Source: Utricularia gibba
Taxonomy: Eukaryota > Plantae > Magnoliophyta
NCBI GenBank assembly: GCA_002189035.1
Contig: CM007989.1
Coordinates: 5,084,001-5,148,000, forward strand
Length of the DNA: 64,000 nt
Reading direction: 5' to 3'
The notes below the pieces were generated by a model. The model was not told the origin of the DNA. It worked only from the letters and a program-made list of their open reading frames with translations, and did not search any database. Positions 61,238 through 64,000 of this stretch are shown piece after piece. Each line of letters starts with the position of its first letter. The first letter of the stretch is position 1. A program made the position numbers and the translations under genes.

Positions 61238-63609
61238 TGATAACACATATTTTTAAGTGTTTCATAATAGAGGAATAATTAGTATTATGCTATAAAACAT
61301 GGATTATATGTTTGCATAAATGTTTGCATAAGCTCTGGTGATCACCAACAATGTTTGCGTATTTTACTCTTAATTGAGACTAAATCATAGAATTAGCTCT
61401 AACGTTAGTTCTAATCATTTTCTTGGGCAATGAAATATAAGTTAGCAACCCAAATCCCGAGGGGTCAAAAGAGAATAGTAAAATTGTAGGAGATATGGAC
61501 AAAAGCTGAATCAAGTACATCCAAAATCTCAATGTGAGGAAAAAGAGGATTTTTGTGATGATGAGAGTGAGAAGAAAATATATCTCCCATTGAACAACAA
61601 GAACACAATTCTGGAGATAGGAGGAAGTAGGAAAGAGTAGCAGAACCTTGGAGAATGAAAAAGATGAAACTAGAATCCAACCTTACCTTTGAACTTTCCT
61701 TTGCTATTTAAGAACACTATTCCTAGCCGGGAGTAGTTTAAGCTTTGTGTTTATGCTTATTTTTTTATTTCTTTCCTTTTTGATGCACTACGACATGAAT
61801 ATGTTTTGGCTACTATCTTATGAACTTGTTTCATTTCACTTCATCATGAGTGGCTAAATACACGTAACGCCTTGTGAAAGAAGGGGTGTGCATGATTATT
61901 TCTTATTAGACTATATTAGCTCGATAATCATACAATTTCCTTATCAAACACGGGTAGACTTGACTAAAGAAGGGGGAAGGGGTTATATTTATCATAAGCA
62001 ACTTAACTAAATATAGACCAAAAGTTAGGAAAATCAAAGGTTTGGATAGACTTGAATTTTTGTATTGTTATATAAATGATTATCAAGTTGAGTGGTGTAG
62101 TAATAATTGTGTTACTCCTAGAAACCTCAAGACATTGCATTACCTTATTCTAATAAATTGTCAAATTTTCCAATTATCTCTTTACTGCATTTTTATCATA
62201 AACCTATGTTACCGTGACCTTAAACTTATTCTCTTATCCGTGATACAAACTGATAAGTGATTTTGTGTCACTTATATTTGTGCTTTTTAGGACTCAATTA
62301 GATGGGTTTTGCATTCTTTTTATCTCACTTTCCTTATGTTTTTAGAAGAATTTTATATCTTTCATACAACTTTGATCTTTTTGGAGGGAAAGTGTGTTTT
62401 GTGATTTTTCAGGATGAATTTGGAATAATTTGGAGGATTTTTGAGCTACTTTGATGGAGGCTAAGATTTGGTCTATTCGGATGAAGACTCGATCAAAGAT
62501 TCTTGGATAAGATAAGATTTGCATCTTATCTTGGAAAACTTGGATCTCATCCTAGAAGATTTGTATCAAATCTTAGAAGATTCGCATAGAAGATTTGATG
62601 TAAGCCCATCAAGAAAGCCCGACAAATCCCCACCATTATATAAAGATCCAAACGCAAAGACCTAAGGGGGAGTCGAAGTGGTGGACAACCAGAGAGTCAA
62701 TCTAGGGTTTAGAGTCGAGTCTAGTATGTTTTGGATGTCTTCTTTTCGTTTTTCATCAACTTTTGTTGTTTAGAGTCAAGCATGCGCGTGTGAGTGCTTG
62801 CAGCTGAGGATTTGCTGTGAAGCCTTGCTTGCGCAAGTTCTGCATGTGTGACTGTCTTACTATGTTTTTCAGCATTTAATTTGAGGTTTGATTCTGTTTT
62901 TCGCAACGTTTTCTTTACCAACGTGATCATTAGTACCATATAGCCCTAAGGGAGTGTGGGAGAATCAAAAGTTGGCCTCAAGCACCTAAGGAGAAGGGCT
63001 TAATCGGACATCGTTGGTAAGGCACATTCTGTCTAATCTGTCTGCGAGGTGAGAGGTGTAGGGGGTTAGATTTGGGTGTGGGGAAAACATGGGTTATCAC
63101 AAGAGGTGAAATGGCTCTGGTGGCGTGGTTGATTCCATAATCCCACAAAACAAGGGATAGTGCTATAACGGTCACCGATTAGCATTATTTTAGCATAACA
63201 CCCCCAAAGCTTGCGCAAGCAGATCACTCTTCAAGGTTTGCACACATGTAAGGGCGAGTTTCAAGTAAGGTGGATCTTAGATCCAAGGCCACTTTTCTTA
63301 TTGTTTTCAAAAAACAAATCTTTCTTTTGGTTTCAATCTTTGTTAGTCTTTGTTTTGAAAAGAATATTCCAATAACAATTCCCTATGGATACGATCTTAT
63401 TTTATTACTTCGACGGTTTCTGTGCACTTGCAGAATTACCATCACAAACTGAATGCATTAACTTCACACTGTAAGCATCTAACTTTTTGTGTTCGACCCA
63501 AATCCACTATATTCATATTTTTTGTATGATTGGATGTAAATTAGGATTACAAATTTATTTAATACAAAAAATTACATTTAAACAACATTGCTAAATTTTT
63601 TGTTTATCA
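61238..63609 (+). mobile_element. Family A-like solo LTR (~1.17 kb net)
   Basis: TGATAACACATA...TTGTTTATCA with degenerate TSD AACAC vs AGTAC (two transitions). Termini match family A. Confidence 0.75.
62251..63444 (+). mobile_element. Family G solo LTR (1194 bp)
   Basis: TGATAAGTG...AATTACCATCA with perfect TSD CAAAC (62246-62250 and 63445-63449). Confidence 0.9.
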
Positions 63610-64000
63610 AGTACTGTCCCGTGTTTTGTGAAATTATGGAATCAATCACAACACCAGAACCATTTCACTCATGTCATAACCCTTGTTTTCTCGACACCCA
63701 AGTCTAACCCCTACACCTCTTACCAACGATGCTCGATCGAGCCCTTTTTCGTTAGGTGCTTGAGGCCAATCTTTGATTCTCCCATACTCTTTTAAGGTTA
63801 TATGGTATTAAAGATAATGTTGCTAAAGAAAATTGATTATATCCATATAATTTCAAAATTGATTCAATTTTGCATAATTGAAAATATAGTTTCAAATTAT
63901 CGAACATGACTTAAATAAGAGTTGAAATGATTCCCTTAAAAACATGGTATTATAGATATTCTAAAATGATCAAAATTGTAATGTTTTGCACATGTTGCTT

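Larger units (their letters stand above)
60954..63835 (-). mobile_element. Older, truncated family G LTR hosting a nested pair of solo LTRs
   Basis: 60954-61237 and 63615-63835 align to the reverse complement of 52887-54034 and join across the family A insertion. Confidence 0.75.

Noticed and set aside
1-64000. tRNA, rRNA, organellar insertions, or prokaryote-type systems
   Set aside because: None recognised. The only tRNA-related sequences are retroelement primer-binding sites.

Overview
Plant (eudicot) nuclear DNA with three intact host genes: a 3-exon DUF569/actin-cross-linking-like gene (minus, 1981-3013), a single-exon P-class PPR gene resembling Arabidopsis At1g02060 (plus, 56255-58426) and a 9-exon plastid Fe-superoxide dismutase of the FSD2/PAP9 type (minus, 58523-60347). 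The PPR and FSD2 stop codons converge with only 96 bp between them. About 50 kb (3595-54034) between the divergently oriented DUF569 and PPR genes is almost entirely nested LTR retrotransposons, and most could be delimited by TG...CA ends and 5-bp target-site duplications (TSDs). An old copia with apparently non-canonical TG...CT ends holds a deleted Tat/Retand element, which holds a rearranged Athila copy (C1). There is also a near full-length Athila copy (C2), a chimera of two Athila halves, ten TSD-flanked solo LTRs and two MITEs. I found no convincing new autonomous system. The most unusual signals are 125 bp of target-site flank copied inside C1 in place of its primer-binding site, two premature stops shared by C1 and C2, a ~749-codon extra Athila ORF, a same-family inverted LTR-in-LTR insertion, repeated insertion into LTRs, and the probable PPR/FSD2 sense-antisense overlap. 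Family letters A-G are my own labels. Identities are by-eye estimates, and lineage and domain names come from recalled motifs, not searches.
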